Source of the DNA: an uncultured Acidimicrobiia bacterium
GTDB lineage: Bacteria; Actinomycetota; Acidimicrobiia; Spongiisociales; JAENVV01
Direction: 5' to 3'
Length of the DNA: 64,000 nt
Assembly: GCA_965366365.1 (NCBI GenBank)
Contig: CBDUEV010000009.1
Span: forward strand, 969 to 64,968
Below the pieces are notes generated by a model. That model had not been told where the DNA came from. It saw only the letters and a program-made list of their open reading frames with translations, and did no database searches. Position 1 is the first letter of the stretch. Every line of letters starts with the position of its first letter. Shown in pieces: positions 17,501 to 27,047 of the stretch. The position numbers and the translations under genes are program-made.

Positions 17501-20296
17501 GTGAGTGATCCCAGCTTTGCACCCCGCTCCCTCGGACGCGGCGTCGTCGTTCGAACGATCGTCCAGATTCCCTCCCCGTGGGCAGACGCGCCACGGGTGA
17601 CGATCGACGAGGCCGCCTTGCGCGCTCCCCGAGAGGCGGTCGACGCCCTCCACACCGCCTGGCAGACTCGCACCCCTGTGGTCGTCGTGCTCGAGGTCGA
17701 CGCCAACGATCTTCGCCAACCGGAGACAGAGAAGCGCGAGCCGTACCTCCTCACGGCCGATTTCGAGTTCCGGCGAGAACGTCTGCACTTCCTGGTCTGG
17801 GCCAACAACTACGACCTCCGCTCCGGAACCGCGGTCTGGTGGCATTCCGAGAACGCCGTCAGACTCGGGGCGAAGGCAGGCGGCGACGCGGACGTCGTGC
17901 TTCCGGACGGACGTGCCGCCTGGTGCGACGGCGGACCCCGAGGGCCGGTGGACGTGTCCCAAGCCATCGTGCATCGAGAGACGATCGAACGCGACCTCCT
18001 GCATACCTCACCGGCAGGACTGTCCAGACACGCTGACATCGCGGAACTCGCCGACGACCAGGCCGAAGCGGTACTGCATCCGGGCGGGCCGGCACGGATC
18101 ATCGCCCCGGCCGGATCCGGAAAGACCAGGACCCTCACCGCTCGTCTCACGCACCTGCTCCGAGACCGGTGGATCGAGCCGGCCATCGTGACGGCGGTTG
18201 CCTACAACGCTCGGGCAGCCCAAGAGATGCGCAGCCGAACGGCCGGTCTCGAAGCCAACGTCCGCACCATCCATTCGCTTGCCTACGCCATCGTTCGCTC
18301 GGGAAACGGGGATCTCCAAGTGGTCGACGAGCGAACCCAACGGTCCATTCTCAATCCTCTCATCCCGAGTCAGCCTCGCCAGAACCGCGACCAGACCGCC
18401 CCCTATCTGGAAGCACTCGCCACGGTTCGCATCGGCCTGATCCGGCCCGAGATCGTTGCCGAGATGCGCGACGACATCCCCGACTTCCCAAGCGTTTTCG
18501 ACAGGTACCGACAGGGTCTCGAACAGCGGAACGCCATCGATTTCGATGAACAGATCTACCAGGCGATTCGCATGCTGCTCATCGACCCCGCTCTGCGGCG
18601 ACGAGTGCAGGGCACCGCCCGCCATCTCCTCGTCGACGAGTTCCAGGATCTCACCCCGGCGTTTCTGCTGTTGCTTCGTCTGGTGGCCGCTCCGGCGTAT
18701 CAGGTTTTCGGAGTTGGTGACGATGACCAGGTCATCTACGGGTACACGGGTGCGACACCGGAGTTCCTCATCGATTTCGACCGCCTCTTCCCCGGCGCGG
18801 GACACTACGCCCTCGAGACCAACTACCGCTGTCCCGAACCAGTCGTGGCCGCCGCCGCCAACCTCCTCACGCACAACCAGCGCCGGATTCCCAAGGCAAT
18901 CAAAGCTGAACCCTCGAAGAAGGGCTCCCTCCTGGTCGAACGGCTCGCCGAAGGGGCCATGGCGCTGCGAGCGGGAGAACTCATCACCGCCTGGTTCGCC
19001 GAGGGGGTGGCCCTGAAAGAAATCGCCGTCCTCAGTCGTGTCAACCACGCCCTGCTTCCCACCCAAGCAGTCCTCGAGTCGCTCGGTGTCGCCCACAGCT
19101 CACCGGTGGGACCCGAGTTCCTTCGCCGGACCGCAGTACGGGCCTTCCGGGCCTACCTTCGCATTGGTCTCGCCCCCGACCTGATATCACGCGCCGATCT
19201 CCAAGAGGTCGTTGGTCGACCCGCCCGTCGGATCTCCCGGGCCGCCAACCCGATCTTTGCCAGAAGGCCGCGGTGGACGATCGATCAATTGCAGGCCGCC
19301 TCCGCCTCTTTCAGCGCCGGCAGCCAGGACCGATTCGAAGGATTCATCGCCGACCTCGAGTCCGTCGTGGAGGCGGCCTCCTCAGGTGACGCCGCCACCG
19401 TGCTCCGCACCGTACGCAGTGAGGTCGGTCTCGACCGGGCGGCTGCGCTCCTCGACGGATCCCGCTCCGCAGCCGATCGGTCCGGCCACACCGACGATCT
19501 CGACGCCCTCGCCCAACTCTGTGCACTCCACCCCAACGCCGCCAGTTTCGAAACCTGGCTCGAGGGTCTGCTGGCGCGCCCGGCCAGCCCGAACGGGGTG
19601 ACCCTGTCGACCATCCACAAGGTGAAAGGAATGGAGTGGCCCAAGGTCATCGTGGCGCCGGTCCGGCAGGGACAGATGCCACACCGGCTGGCCGACGACC
19701 TCGAAGAGGAACGGCGTGTCTTTCATGTTGCCATCACCCGAGGCATCGACGAGGCAGTGGTCTTGGGGGACGCCGCGCACCCCTCCCGTTTCCTGGACGA
19801 GCTCTTCGAGCCGCCCGCCCCACCTCGCCCGCAGCCCGCCCGACAGCCCACCCAGAAACAGGGGCCGCTGCCCAAGGTCGGTCAGCGTCTCCTCTGGAGC
19901 GGCCACCGGGGCACCATCTCCAAGATCGTCGACGACGGCGTCCTCGTCGACGTGGGCGGCACCTCCCTACGAGTTCCGTGGAATGAACAGGTGACCGTGA
20001 ACGGCGTGAGCGGACCCCTGCGCCGCCCCACCGAGGCCGAGCCCGAACCAGACCACGAGATCGTCAAGGCGCTCAAAGCATGGCGGAAGGAGCAGGCGGT
20101 GACGCAGAACGTCCCGGCCTACATCGTCCTGTCGGACAAACACCTGCGCGCCATCGCGGCGAGAGCGCCCGAATCGCTGGAACAATTGGCCGAATGTCCC
20201 GGCATCGGGCCCACCAAACTCGAGGCCTACGGCGAGGCCATCCTGGAAGTGCTGGACCCTGGCAGCGCATCCCCCGGCCCCGCGCCCGGTCGCTAG
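17501..20296 (+). CDS. UvrD-family SF1 DNA helicase with an N-terminal ~180-aa extension, a C-terminal small beta-rich insert and an HRDC domain (UvrD2-like)
   Basis: GTG 17501. Walker A IIAPAGSGKTRTL sits at about residue 200 instead of about 30. Walker B LLVDEFQDLT. Motif VI-like region STIHKVKGMEWPKVIV. The HRDC signature IVKALKAWRKEQAVTQNVPAYIVLSDKHLRAIAA...LAECPGIGPTKLEAYGEAIL is at the C-terminus. No Cys4 module. Confidence 0.85.
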   Translation: MSDPSFAPRSLGRGVVVRTIVQIPSPWADAPRVTIDEAALRAPREAVDALHTAWQTRTPVVVVLEVDANDLRQPETEKREPYLLTADFEFRRERLHFLVWANNYDLRSGTAVWWHSENAVRLGAKAGGDADVVLPDGRAAWCDGGPRGPVDVSQAIVHRETIERDLLHTSPAGLSRHADIAELADDQAEAVLHPGGPARIIAPAGSGKTRTLTARLTHLLRDRWIEPAIVTAVAYNARAAQEMRSRTAGLEANVRTIHSLAYAIVRSGNGDLQVVDERTQRSILNPLIPSQPRQNRDQTAPYLEALATVRIGLIRPEIVAEMRDDIPDFPSVFDRYRQGLEQRNAIDFDEQIYQAIRMLLIDPALRRRVQGTARHLLVDEFQDLTPAFLLLLRLVAAPAYQVFGVGDDDQVIYGYTGATPEFLIDFDRLFPGAGHYALETNYRCPEPVVAAAANLLTHNQRRIPKAIKAEPSKKGSLLVERLAEGAMALRAGELITAWFAEGVALKEIAVLSRVNHALLPTQAVLESLGVAHSSPVGPEFLRRTAVRAFRAYLRIGLAPDLISRADLQEVVGRPARRISRAANPIFARRPRWTIDQLQAASASFSAGSQDRFEGFIADLESVVEAASSGDAATVLRTVRSEVGLDRAAALLDGSRSAADRSGHTDDLDALAQLCALHPNAASFETWLEGLLARPASPNGVTLSTIHKVKGMEWPKVIVAPVRQGQMPHRLADDLEEERRVFHVAITRGIDEAVVLGDAAHPSRFLDELFEPPAPPRPQPARQPTQKQGPLPKVGQRLLWSGHRGTISKIVDDGVLVDVGGTSLRVPWNEQVTVNGVSGPLRRPTEAEPEPDHEIVKALKAWRKEQAVTQNVPAYIVLSDKHLRAIAARAPESLEQLAECPGIGPTKLEAYGEAILEVLDPGSASPGPAPGR

Positions 20297-20781
20297 GGAG
20301 TGGGTTCCTGCCCCACCTGCGCAGGTGCCCCCAGAGTCTCCAACCTCTCCACCGCGTGTTCGAAGAACGTCCGAATCGCCGAGTCGGCGACCCGGTGGAG
20401 GGCCACCAGATCGATGACGCCACCGAGCAATCCTCCTGGCGGTGTGTAGCGGCCGACGAAGGTGAGCTGGGTCGTCGTGCGGCTGAGCGGATACGCCTCG
20501 AACTCGCCGTCGAAGCGAGGGAACCAATCGCGATGATCGACGGCACACCAACACACCTGGCGGGTCATCGCCGTCATGCCTCGTTCGACTTCTTCGAACT
20601 CCCCGAACTGGACATCCACGTCGTCGGCGACGGTGATCGTCCCGACGCTGGCGTCCAACCGAGCCACGACCTCGTTGACTCCCATCAGGGAAACGAGCGC
20701 CGATGGCTCGAGGATGAGGCCGGGTTCGTCGCGTAGGACACGCCGCACCGAATCGTAAGGTGCGTTGACTTGTTCGAACAT
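20293..20781 (-). CDS. SRPBCC-like (Bet v1/START-fold) small protein
   Basis: 163 aa starting MFEQVNAPYDSVRRVLRDEPGLIL, which follows the SRPBCC N-terminal pattern M.e.v.AP.d.V..vl.D. Its 3' end overlaps the helicase 3' end by 4 nt. Confidence 0.45.
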   Translation of the reverse strand: MFEQVNAPYDSVRRVLRDEPGLILEPSALVSLMGVNEVVARLDASVGTITVADDVDVQFGEFEEVERGMTAMTRQVCWCAVDHRDWFPRFDGEFEAYPLSRTTTQLTFVGRYTPPGGLLGGVIDLVALHRVADSAIRTFFEHAVERLETLGAPAQVGQEPTP

Positions 20782-20892
20782 GAACACATTGCGTTGCACG
20801 AGACCTCCTCGTCTCGGCCCCATGCAACCACCCCCCGATTCGACGTCCCAGGGTCCAAGAGCCTTTCTTCGATGATCGTTAGGCTCGGTTCG

Positions 20893-21603
20893 ATGTGGGA
20901 ACAGGCGAGACATCTCATTCAGTCCGCGCAGCGACCCGTTTCGTTTTCGGGGGCGGGCCTCAGCGAGGAATCGGGGATCCCGACGTTCCGAGAGGCGGGC
21001 GGGATGTGGGCTCGGTTCGACCCGACGGTCTACGCATCCCAGGCGGGTTTCGGGAAGGACCCGGGCCGGGTCATCGATTGGTACAGCGATCGACGAAGGG
21101 CGGTCGCTCGAGCGCGACCCAACCCCGCGCACGTTGCTCTGGCGCGACATCCGACGATGATCCACATCACCCAGAACATCGACACCCTCCTGGAACTCGC
21201 CGGCGCAGATCGGGTCATTCACCTCCACGGCATCATCGACCGCGACCGCTGCAACGCCGGGTGCGGCCACGGTGAAACGATCGACCTGGCCAATCCGCCC
21301 GTGTTGCGACTGTGCCCTGTGTGCGCGGCGCCGATGCGCCCCGACGTCGTGTGGTTCGGAGAGTCGCTGCCGGCGGACCAGTGGCAGGAAGCCGAGCAGG
21401 CCGTGAACGAAGCGGATCTCCTGCTGGTGGCCGGGACGAGCGCTCAGGTCTGGCCGGCCGCAGGGCTGATCGAGTCGGCGGTGGCCGGCGCCACACCGCT
21501 CATCGTCGTCAACACCGAGCCCAACGCGGCGAGCAGTGTCGCCCAGATCGAGATTCTCGGCAAGGCAGGCACGATCATCCCCTCGCTCCTGGATGGGCGC
21601 TGA
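20893..21603 (+). CDS. cobB: NAD-dependent protein deacylase (sirtuin, CobB/Sir2 class)
   Basis: GAGLSEESGIPTFREAGGMW, ITQNIDTLLELAG, HLHG, Zn ribbon CNAGCGHG...CPVCAA, VVWFGE and LLLVAGTSAQVWPAAGL: all canonical sirtuin motifs in a 237-aa stand-alone protein. Confidence 0.85.
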   Translation: MWEQARHLIQSAQRPVSFSGAGLSEESGIPTFREAGGMWARFDPTVYASQAGFGKDPGRVIDWYSDRRRAVARARPNPAHVALARHPTMIHITQNIDTLLELAGADRVIHLHGIIDRDRCNAGCGHGETIDLANPPVLRLCPVCAAPMRPDVVWFGESLPADQWQEAEQAVNEADLLLVAGTSAQVWPAAGLIESAVAGATPLIVVNTEPNAASSVAQIEILGKAGTIIPSLLDGR

Positions 21604-21620
21604 GCCGACACGGGTGGTCT

Positions 21621-22724
21621 TCAGCGGGGCAAGGACTCGGGATTGCCCGACTCCATCGCGTCGAGAAAGCGACCGACGACCGTCGGCGTGACCACGCCGC
21701 GCGGATCGACGCCCTCCAGCACGAGGAGGCGCCAGTCATCGACAACCAATCCCTGCAATGCCTCCCCCAGCGTGGTCCCCACCTGAACCGTCTCGCCGGG
21801 CCGGAGGTCATGCATCACCTCACGCACCCGGGTGCTCGCCCACAGCGCGGTTGGGATCCTTTCCAAGACGGCCGACTCGACCACCCCCAAAGGAGCACCC
21901 CACGGATCGAGCACCGGGACCCAGACGCCCATCCCGGGAGTGAGCGAGGTGAGCGTCGAGGCCGGCGAGACATACCCGGAGGACGGCGCCATGACCGAGT
22001 CGATCGGGGTGTCTCGGAGCCGTGGATCGAGGAGAGCTGATCCACCGGCCGCCGAGGCAGAACCGTAGAGAAACCACCCGATCATGGCCAGCCACAATCC
22101 GTCCAGCCCGATCCAGTACATGGCGGCGAAGCCGAGCACGATCATCCCGGCTGCGATTCCTCTCCCCACCGAGGCGGCCAGTCGAGTGGCCTTGACACGG
22201 CTCCCCGATCGTTTCCAGGCGAGCGCCCTCAGAACTCGACCTCCGTCGAGGGGGAAACCTGGCAGGAGATTGAAGATCGCCAGAGCGATGTTGACCGACC
22301 CGAGCCAACCCACCGCCTCCCTGGCCAACCGCCACTCGTCAGGCAACAGCCACGCCACCCCCAGGACGACTCCCCCGATCAGGGCCGACGACAGCGGCCC
22401 GGCGATCGTGACGGCCAGTTCGTCGCGCGGATTGGCCGCTTCGTGTTCAAGTTCAGAAACCCCACCAAAGATGAACAGACGGACTTGTCGCACCGGGATG
22501 CCTCGCCGAATCGCCACCAGAGAGTGACTCAACTCGTGGCCGATCACGCTGCCGAAGAACCCGACCGAGCTGAGCGAGGCTGCGATCCACACAGCGGCAC
22601 CGGACGAGTTCTGGGAGAAGCTGGAGGCCAGCGCGGCAGCCACCAACACGGCGATGAAGAACCACGACGTGTCGAGCACGATCGGAATCCCGAATATTCG
22701 GCCGATGGAGATCCCTTTACGCAT
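21621..22724 (-). CDS. site-2 protease family (M50) zinc metalloprotease with C-terminal CBS domains
   Basis: HELSHSL (HExxH) in TM helix 2. LDG motif in FPLDGGRVL. C-terminal CBS-pair-like region. Confidence 0.85.
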   Translation of the reverse strand: MRKGISIGRIFGIPIVLDTSWFFIAVLVAAALASSFSQNSSGAAVWIAASLSSVGFFGSVIGHELSHSLVAIRRGIPVRQVRLFIFGGVSELEHEAANPRDELAVTIAGPLSSALIGGVVLGVAWLLPDEWRLAREAVGWLGSVNIALAIFNLLPGFPLDGGRVLRALAWKRSGSRVKATRLAASVGRGIAAGMIVLGFAAMYWIGLDGLWLAMIGWFLYGSASAAGGSALLDPRLRDTPIDSVMAPSSGYVSPASTLTSLTPGMGVWVPVLDPWGAPLGVVESAVLERIPTALWASTRVREVMHDLRPGETVQVGTTLGEALQGLVVDDWRLLVLEGVDPRGVVTPTVVGRFLDAMESGNPESLPR

Positions 22725-22817
22725 ACCGCCCTCTCGTCCGTGTGCCGCGGCGCCTCAGGGAGAGCGCAAGGCGCCCTGTCGCGCCGCGCCGGCGCCACCC
22801 GGCCGAGGATAGGCTGC

Positions 22818-24878
22818 TCACAGGTCCACCGGGAGCGCTACCTGATGCTCGACACGAACCTCAGAACTCCCACTTTCCACGGCCACGACAGGGACAATGA
22901 TGCGGAGCCTCTCCACGAGGCAGATCGATTCGAGGTCAGCCTCGCAGTACACCAGTGAGATGTCCCCCACGATCGAGCCACTGCCGAGCACTTCGAGATC
23001 CACGGTCATCGGGAACTCTGGTTCGAGCACGGTGCCCCTCTCGCCGTCGGGAATCGCCACGCCATCGCCACTCCACGTGAACGTCGACGGGGCCAACGGG
23101 TTGACCTTGTATCCAGCCGGAAGCCGCACATCGAGCACCAGGTTCGCCGGCCCTCTCGACAGCTGTTGGGGCTCCAACTGGCGCAAGACGCCCGAGAAGT
23201 CGGCCGAGTCGACGGCCGGTTCGACTGCCTCGACGCCGGTGATCACCCAAGTCGACGTGGCGCCGGTGACGGAATCCACAACTCGGATGGAATGGTTGTT
23301 GGTGTCCGCCACAAACAGGCGGCCGTCGTCGGCGACGTCGATCCCACCCGGCTCCGAAAACAACGCCGTGGCGCCGTCGCTCCAGCCGGGAAGGGAGCCG
23401 GCCAAGGTCGCCACCTTCGCGGACTCGAGGTCGATCGTGCGGATTCGAGAGTTATACGTGTCGGCGACGTACGCTGTCTCGCCGCTCACCGCGATCCCGA
23501 GTGGGTGCTGAAACCGCGCCTCGGCGCCCGTTCCGTCGGCAGCTCCGAAATCGAAGAGGTTGCGGTCGGTGCCTGCCAGCAGCTCCACCGTGCCGCTCTC
23601 CAGATCCGCGTACCGGATCGAACTGCTCTCGGAGTCGGCAAAGAGGAGTCGGGAGCCGGCCAGGGCCATTCCCGACGGCTGCGCCAACTCGGCTTCCGGC
23701 CACGGCCCGCCCTGCACGCTCTCGCCACCGCTGCCCACTACCGGTCCGATCGTCCCCGCCGCCGGATCGAGGCGCCACAGCTGATGGCTCCCGGCCATCG
23801 CCACCCACACCTCCGGACCCTCCCGCAGCAGATCCCACGGGGAGAACAGCGAGGTCTCCAATGCCTCGCCGCCGCTGATGGGATAGGTGCCCTGGCGGCC
23901 GGTTCCCGCCACGGTCGAGACGACGTCGGTTGCGAGGTCCACGGCTCGAATGGCGTGGTTCCCTGTGTCGGCCACCAGCAGCACGGATCCGTCCTCGATC
24001 AGGGCCATCCCTTGCGGTGACGAGAACGAGCCAGGCAGCCCGTCGACGAACCCCGCCACCCCCGAGCCGTAGACGGCGAGCGCCTCAGCCGTTTCCAGGT
24101 CGGCCACCACGATCCGATGGTGGTTCGTATCAGCCACGAAGAGCCGGCCCCCCTCGTCGTCGACCAGGACCTTCCCGGGAAACGAGAGCACCGTGTCGGG
24201 AAGGCCCTCAGCCTCCAGACGAAAATCGATCGGAGTGGTGTCCACCCGACCCTGCGCATCGAACTCGTCGATCAGCGAGGCGATGACCGGCTGGAAAACG
24301 GGGTACACACCCTCGCCCGCATGGCCCCCCACGATATTGCCTGCCGGGTCGATCAGCACGAGCGTCGGCCAGGCCTGGGCACCCCACAGATTCCACGTTG
24401 CGAATTCGGCGTCGTTGACCACTGGGTGTTCGATTCCGTATCGCAAGATCACCTGTCGGATGGACTCTGTCTCGCCTTCGGCGGCGAACTTCGCCGAATG
24501 CACGCCGATCACGACGAGCGAGTCGGCGAACTCCTCTTCGAGCGCCTTCAGGTCAGGAATGATGTGCTGACAGTTGATACATCCATAGGTCCAGAAATCC
24601 AGGAGGACAGCCTTGCCTCGCAACTCCGCCAGCGTGAGCGGCCGCTCCGTATTCAACCATTCCAAGCCATCCGGGAACTCGGGGGCAGGCGTGTCTCCGG
24701 CAAAGGAGTCGGGTTCGGCCGAGCCGGCCGTGGCAGGCACCGTACCTGCTTCAGACGCAGCGGCATTCGTGGTCGAGGTGCCTGCCGTTCCCGTACACCC
24801 TGACAGCGCGAGCAGAAGCAACAGAGCGACCACCGAAGTGGTGGACGTTCGAGAGCGGTTCATTGCCGAGGAATGCAC
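22818..24878 (-). CDS. lipoprotein with an N-terminal thioredoxin-like (TlpA/redoxin) domain and C-terminal NHL-repeat beta-propeller
   Basis: Lipobox LLLALSGCTG. Redoxin active site WTYGCINCQ. Repeated NHL-like blades (YVADTYNSRIRTIDL, FVADTNNHSIRVVD, LVADTGNHAIRAVDL). Confidence 0.8.
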   Translation of the reverse strand: MHSSAMNRSRTSTTSVVALLLLLALSGCTGTAGTSTTNAAASEAGTVPATAGSAEPDSFAGDTPAPEFPDGLEWLNTERPLTLAELRGKAVLLDFWTYGCINCQHIIPDLKALEEEFADSLVVIGVHSAKFAAEGETESIRQVILRYGIEHPVVNDAEFATWNLWGAQAWPTLVLIDPAGNIVGGHAGEGVYPVFQPVIASLIDEFDAQGRVDTTPIDFRLEAEGLPDTVLSFPGKVLVDDEGGRLFVADTNHHRIVVADLETAEALAVYGSGVAGFVDGLPGSFSSPQGMALIEDGSVLLVADTGNHAIRAVDLATDVVSTVAGTGRQGTYPISGGEALETSLFSPWDLLREGPEVWVAMAGSHQLWRLDPAAGTIGPVVGSGGESVQGGPWPEAELAQPSGMALAGSRLLFADSESSSIRYADLESGTVELLAGTDRNLFDFGAADGTGAEARFQHPLGIAVSGETAYVADTYNSRIRTIDLESAKVATLAGSLPGWSDGATALFSEPGGIDVADDGRLFVADTNNHSIRVVDSVTGATSTWVITGVEAVEPAVDSADFSGVLRQLEPQQLSRGPANLVLDVRLPAGYKVNPLAPSTFTWSGDGVAIPDGERGTVLEPEFPMTVDLEVLGSGSIVGDISLVYCEADLESICLVERLRIIVPVVAVESGSSEVRVEHQVALPVDL

Positions 24879-24978
24879 CCTATAAGGATCGCACGTTTGG
24901 GGGCCAACCTATGCCGAACATCTCAAGGCGGGTCGACTATCGTCCGATATCCAGCTTGGCTTCCCGATCAAGGACATC

Positions 24979-26058
24979 ATGGCAAAGCTCGACGCACTCT
25001 TTCGTGCGCTCAATCAGCAGGACGGCTCAGATCTCCACCTCGTGGCCGGCCAGGTGCCCATCATGCGAATCCATGGCGACCTGGTTCGCCTCAAGACCGA
25101 ACCCTTGAACGATCAAACCGTACGAGCCCTCTTGCGCGAGATCACCCCGCCGGATCTATGGGCCAAATACGAAGCCTCCGGTGACCTGGACTTCGGCTAT
25201 GAGGTCGAGGGACTGGCTCGTTTTCGGTGCAACCTGTTCATGCAGAAGAACGGGTCGGGCGGCGTATTCCGGCTGATCCCGTCCGAGATCGTCACCGCCG
25301 AAGAACTGGGGCTGCCCCCTTCGATTCGGAAGCTCTCCCGGCTTCACAAGGGCCTCGTCCTCGTCACAGGGCCCACCGGGTCGGGCAAATCCACGACCCT
25401 GGCCGCCATCATCGACGAAGCCAACAAGACCAGGAACGACCACATTCTCACGATCGAAGACCCGGTCGAGTTCGTGCACAAGAGCGACAGAGCCCTCGTC
25501 AACCACCGCGAGGTCGGCTCCCACACCAGGTCGTTTGCCAGCGCACTCCGGGCTGCACTGCGAGAAGATCCCGATGTGATTCTCGTCGGGGAGCTCCGCG
25601 ACGTCGAGACGATCAGGCTCGCCATCGAGGCAGCCAGCACGGGCCACCTGGTGTTCGGCACTCTCCACACCAACAATGCGTCCAAAACGGTCGATCGCAT
25701 CATCGAAGTCTTCCCTGCCGACGAACAGCCGCAAATCCGGTCAACCCTGGCGGAGTCGCTGGCGGCCGTCATCGCTCAGACCCTGTTCCGTACCATCGAT
25801 ACCCCGGGGCGAATCGCCGCGCTCGAGATCATGATTTGCACACCGGCCATCGGAAACCTCATCCGAGAGGGCAAGACCTTCCAGATTCCCTCCGCCATGC
25901 AGACCGGCCGGGGTGAGGGTATGCAGACTCTCGACCATGCCATCGTCGAGCTGCTCAAAGAGGGTCGAATCGCGCCGGAGTCGGCGCTCGAACGGGTCCT
26001 CAACCCTGAAACAGTCTTCCCGTTCCTCCCCAACGACCATCCCGCCAAGACGTCATGA
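24979..26058 (+). CDS. pilT: type IV pilus retraction ATPase PilT family
   Basis: 359 aa. MAKLDALFRALNQQDGSDLHL, Walker A GPTGSGKSTTLAA, Walker B DVILVGELRD, His box LVFGTLHTNNA and AIRRLI-like region: canonical PilT/PilU. Confidence 0.9.
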   Translation: MAKLDALFRALNQQDGSDLHLVAGQVPIMRIHGDLVRLKTEPLNDQTVRALLREITPPDLWAKYEASGDLDFGYEVEGLARFRCNLFMQKNGSGGVFRLIPSEIVTAEELGLPPSIRKLSRLHKGLVLVTGPTGSGKSTTLAAIIDEANKTRNDHILTIEDPVEFVHKSDRALVNHREVGSHTRSFASALRAALREDPDVILVGELRDVETIRLAIEAASTGHLVFGTLHTNNASKTVDRIIEVFPADEQPQIRSTLAESLAAVIAQTLFRTIDTPGRIAALEIMICTPAIGNLIREGKTFQIPSAMQTGRGEGMQTLDHAIVELLKEGRIAPESALERVLNPETVFPFLPNDHPAKTS

Positions 26059-26510
26059 CCAACAGCCTCCACGTCCACAAACGGGAGGTTCCGGCAGCCT
26101 TGCACATGTCCAACGGCACGGTTCTCCGAGGCACCGTCTTCCTCTCCGAGTTCTCGCAGCGCCACGGACAAGCGCAGACGCTCGGTGATCTCGTCGCCGA
26201 GGACGAGCCGATGCTCCCGGTCAGAGACCGAACGGGACGCTTCGTGCTGGTGGGGCGGAGCGCCATCGTCGCCGCCGAGGTAGCCCTCAAGGACGCCGAG
26301 GACTTCTCCAACAGCGCCCGAATCCCCGTCCACCTCGAGACGACCTCGGGACATCGTTTCGATGGAACCTTCATCATCGAGGAGGGTGTGGGCCGGCGAA
26401 TCCTGGATGTGGTGAACAGCACCGAGCCGTGGCTTCAACTGCAGACGCAGGTCGCCCATGTCTGGGTGGCCCGCCACCACATTCTGACGGCCCGACCCGA
26501 CGGCGGATGA
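26055..26510 (+). CDS. hypothetical 151-aa protein, paralogue A (possibly PilZ-like)
   Basis: ATG overlaps the pilT stop (ATGA). It aligns along its whole length with the next ORF (…GTV..GTVF…S.RHG…LVG…AE.F…GH.FDG….E.GVG.RI.D.V.S.E.WLQ….VW..R.HIL). Confidence 0.6.
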   Translation: MTNSLHVHKREVPAALHMSNGTVLRGTVFLSEFSQRHGQAQTLGDLVAEDEPMLPVRDRTGRFVLVGRSAIVAAEVALKDAEDFSNSARIPVHLETTSGHRFDGTFIIEEGVGRRILDVVNSTEPWLQLQTQVAHVWVARHHILTARPDGG

Positions 26511-26593
26511 GCGCGGGCCGGTTCAGGGCTCTATCTTCGCGAAACCGTGTCCCGCGGCGAGTGCACCACTCGTCGTGGCGGTACTATCAGACG

Positions 26594-27031
26594 ATGGAAT
26601 CGCTCCGCGTCAAGAAGCAGCCGCTCCCGGTCACGCTCTACCTCGTCGACGGGACGGTGGAGTCGGGAACAGTGTTCATGCCGGCCACCAGTTCCCGCCA
26701 CACCGGCTCGTCGACCATCGCCGAACTGATGGACGAATCGGATCACCTCCTGCGATTCAAACTCCAAGGTGATCGATTCCAGCTCGTCGGCAAGGCCGGC
26801 ATCGCCGCTATCAAGAGCGTGGCCGCTCCCCACGCCGAGGGCTTCTACGAGAAGACGGCCGCCTACGTCAAAGTGATGGGTGGGCACACCTTCGACGGGT
26901 CACTGCTGGTGGAGGCCGGTGTCGGCGGCCGCATCTCTGATGGCATCGTGGAATCGTGGCTCCAGATGGAGACGGGCGGCGGTGTGGCGTGGATCCAGCG
27001 CGACCACATCCTCGTGCTCGAGACCCGCTGA
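26594..27031 (+). CDS. hypothetical 145-aa protein, paralogue B (possibly PilZ-like)
   Basis: Start MESLRVKKQPLPVTLYLVDGTVESGTVF. Homologous to 26055..26510. Confidence 0.6.
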   Translation: MESLRVKKQPLPVTLYLVDGTVESGTVFMPATSSRHTGSSTIAELMDESDHLLRFKLQGDRFQLVGKAGIAAIKSVAAPHAEGFYEKTAAYVKVMGGHTFDGSLLVEAGVGGRISDGIVESWLQMETGGGVAWIQRDHILVLETR

Positions 27032-27047
27032 AGCCGGCTCGCCAGGC

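Noticed and set aside
20893-21603. Sir2 domain as a possible phage-defence effector (Thoeris/DSR/SIR2-HerA type).
   Set aside because: It has the full canonical sirtuin catalytic core with a Zn ribbon and normal CobB length. It has no fused sensor or effector domain and no adjacent HerA, TIR or pAgo. The HerA gene is 35 kb away in a repair operon. It is most simply a housekeeping protein deacylase.
24979-26058. pilT as part of a type IV pilus or competence locus.
   Set aside because: No pilB/pilC/pilM-Q, prepilin or peptidase genes are present in the window. It is therefore treated as an orphan ATPase (see finding).
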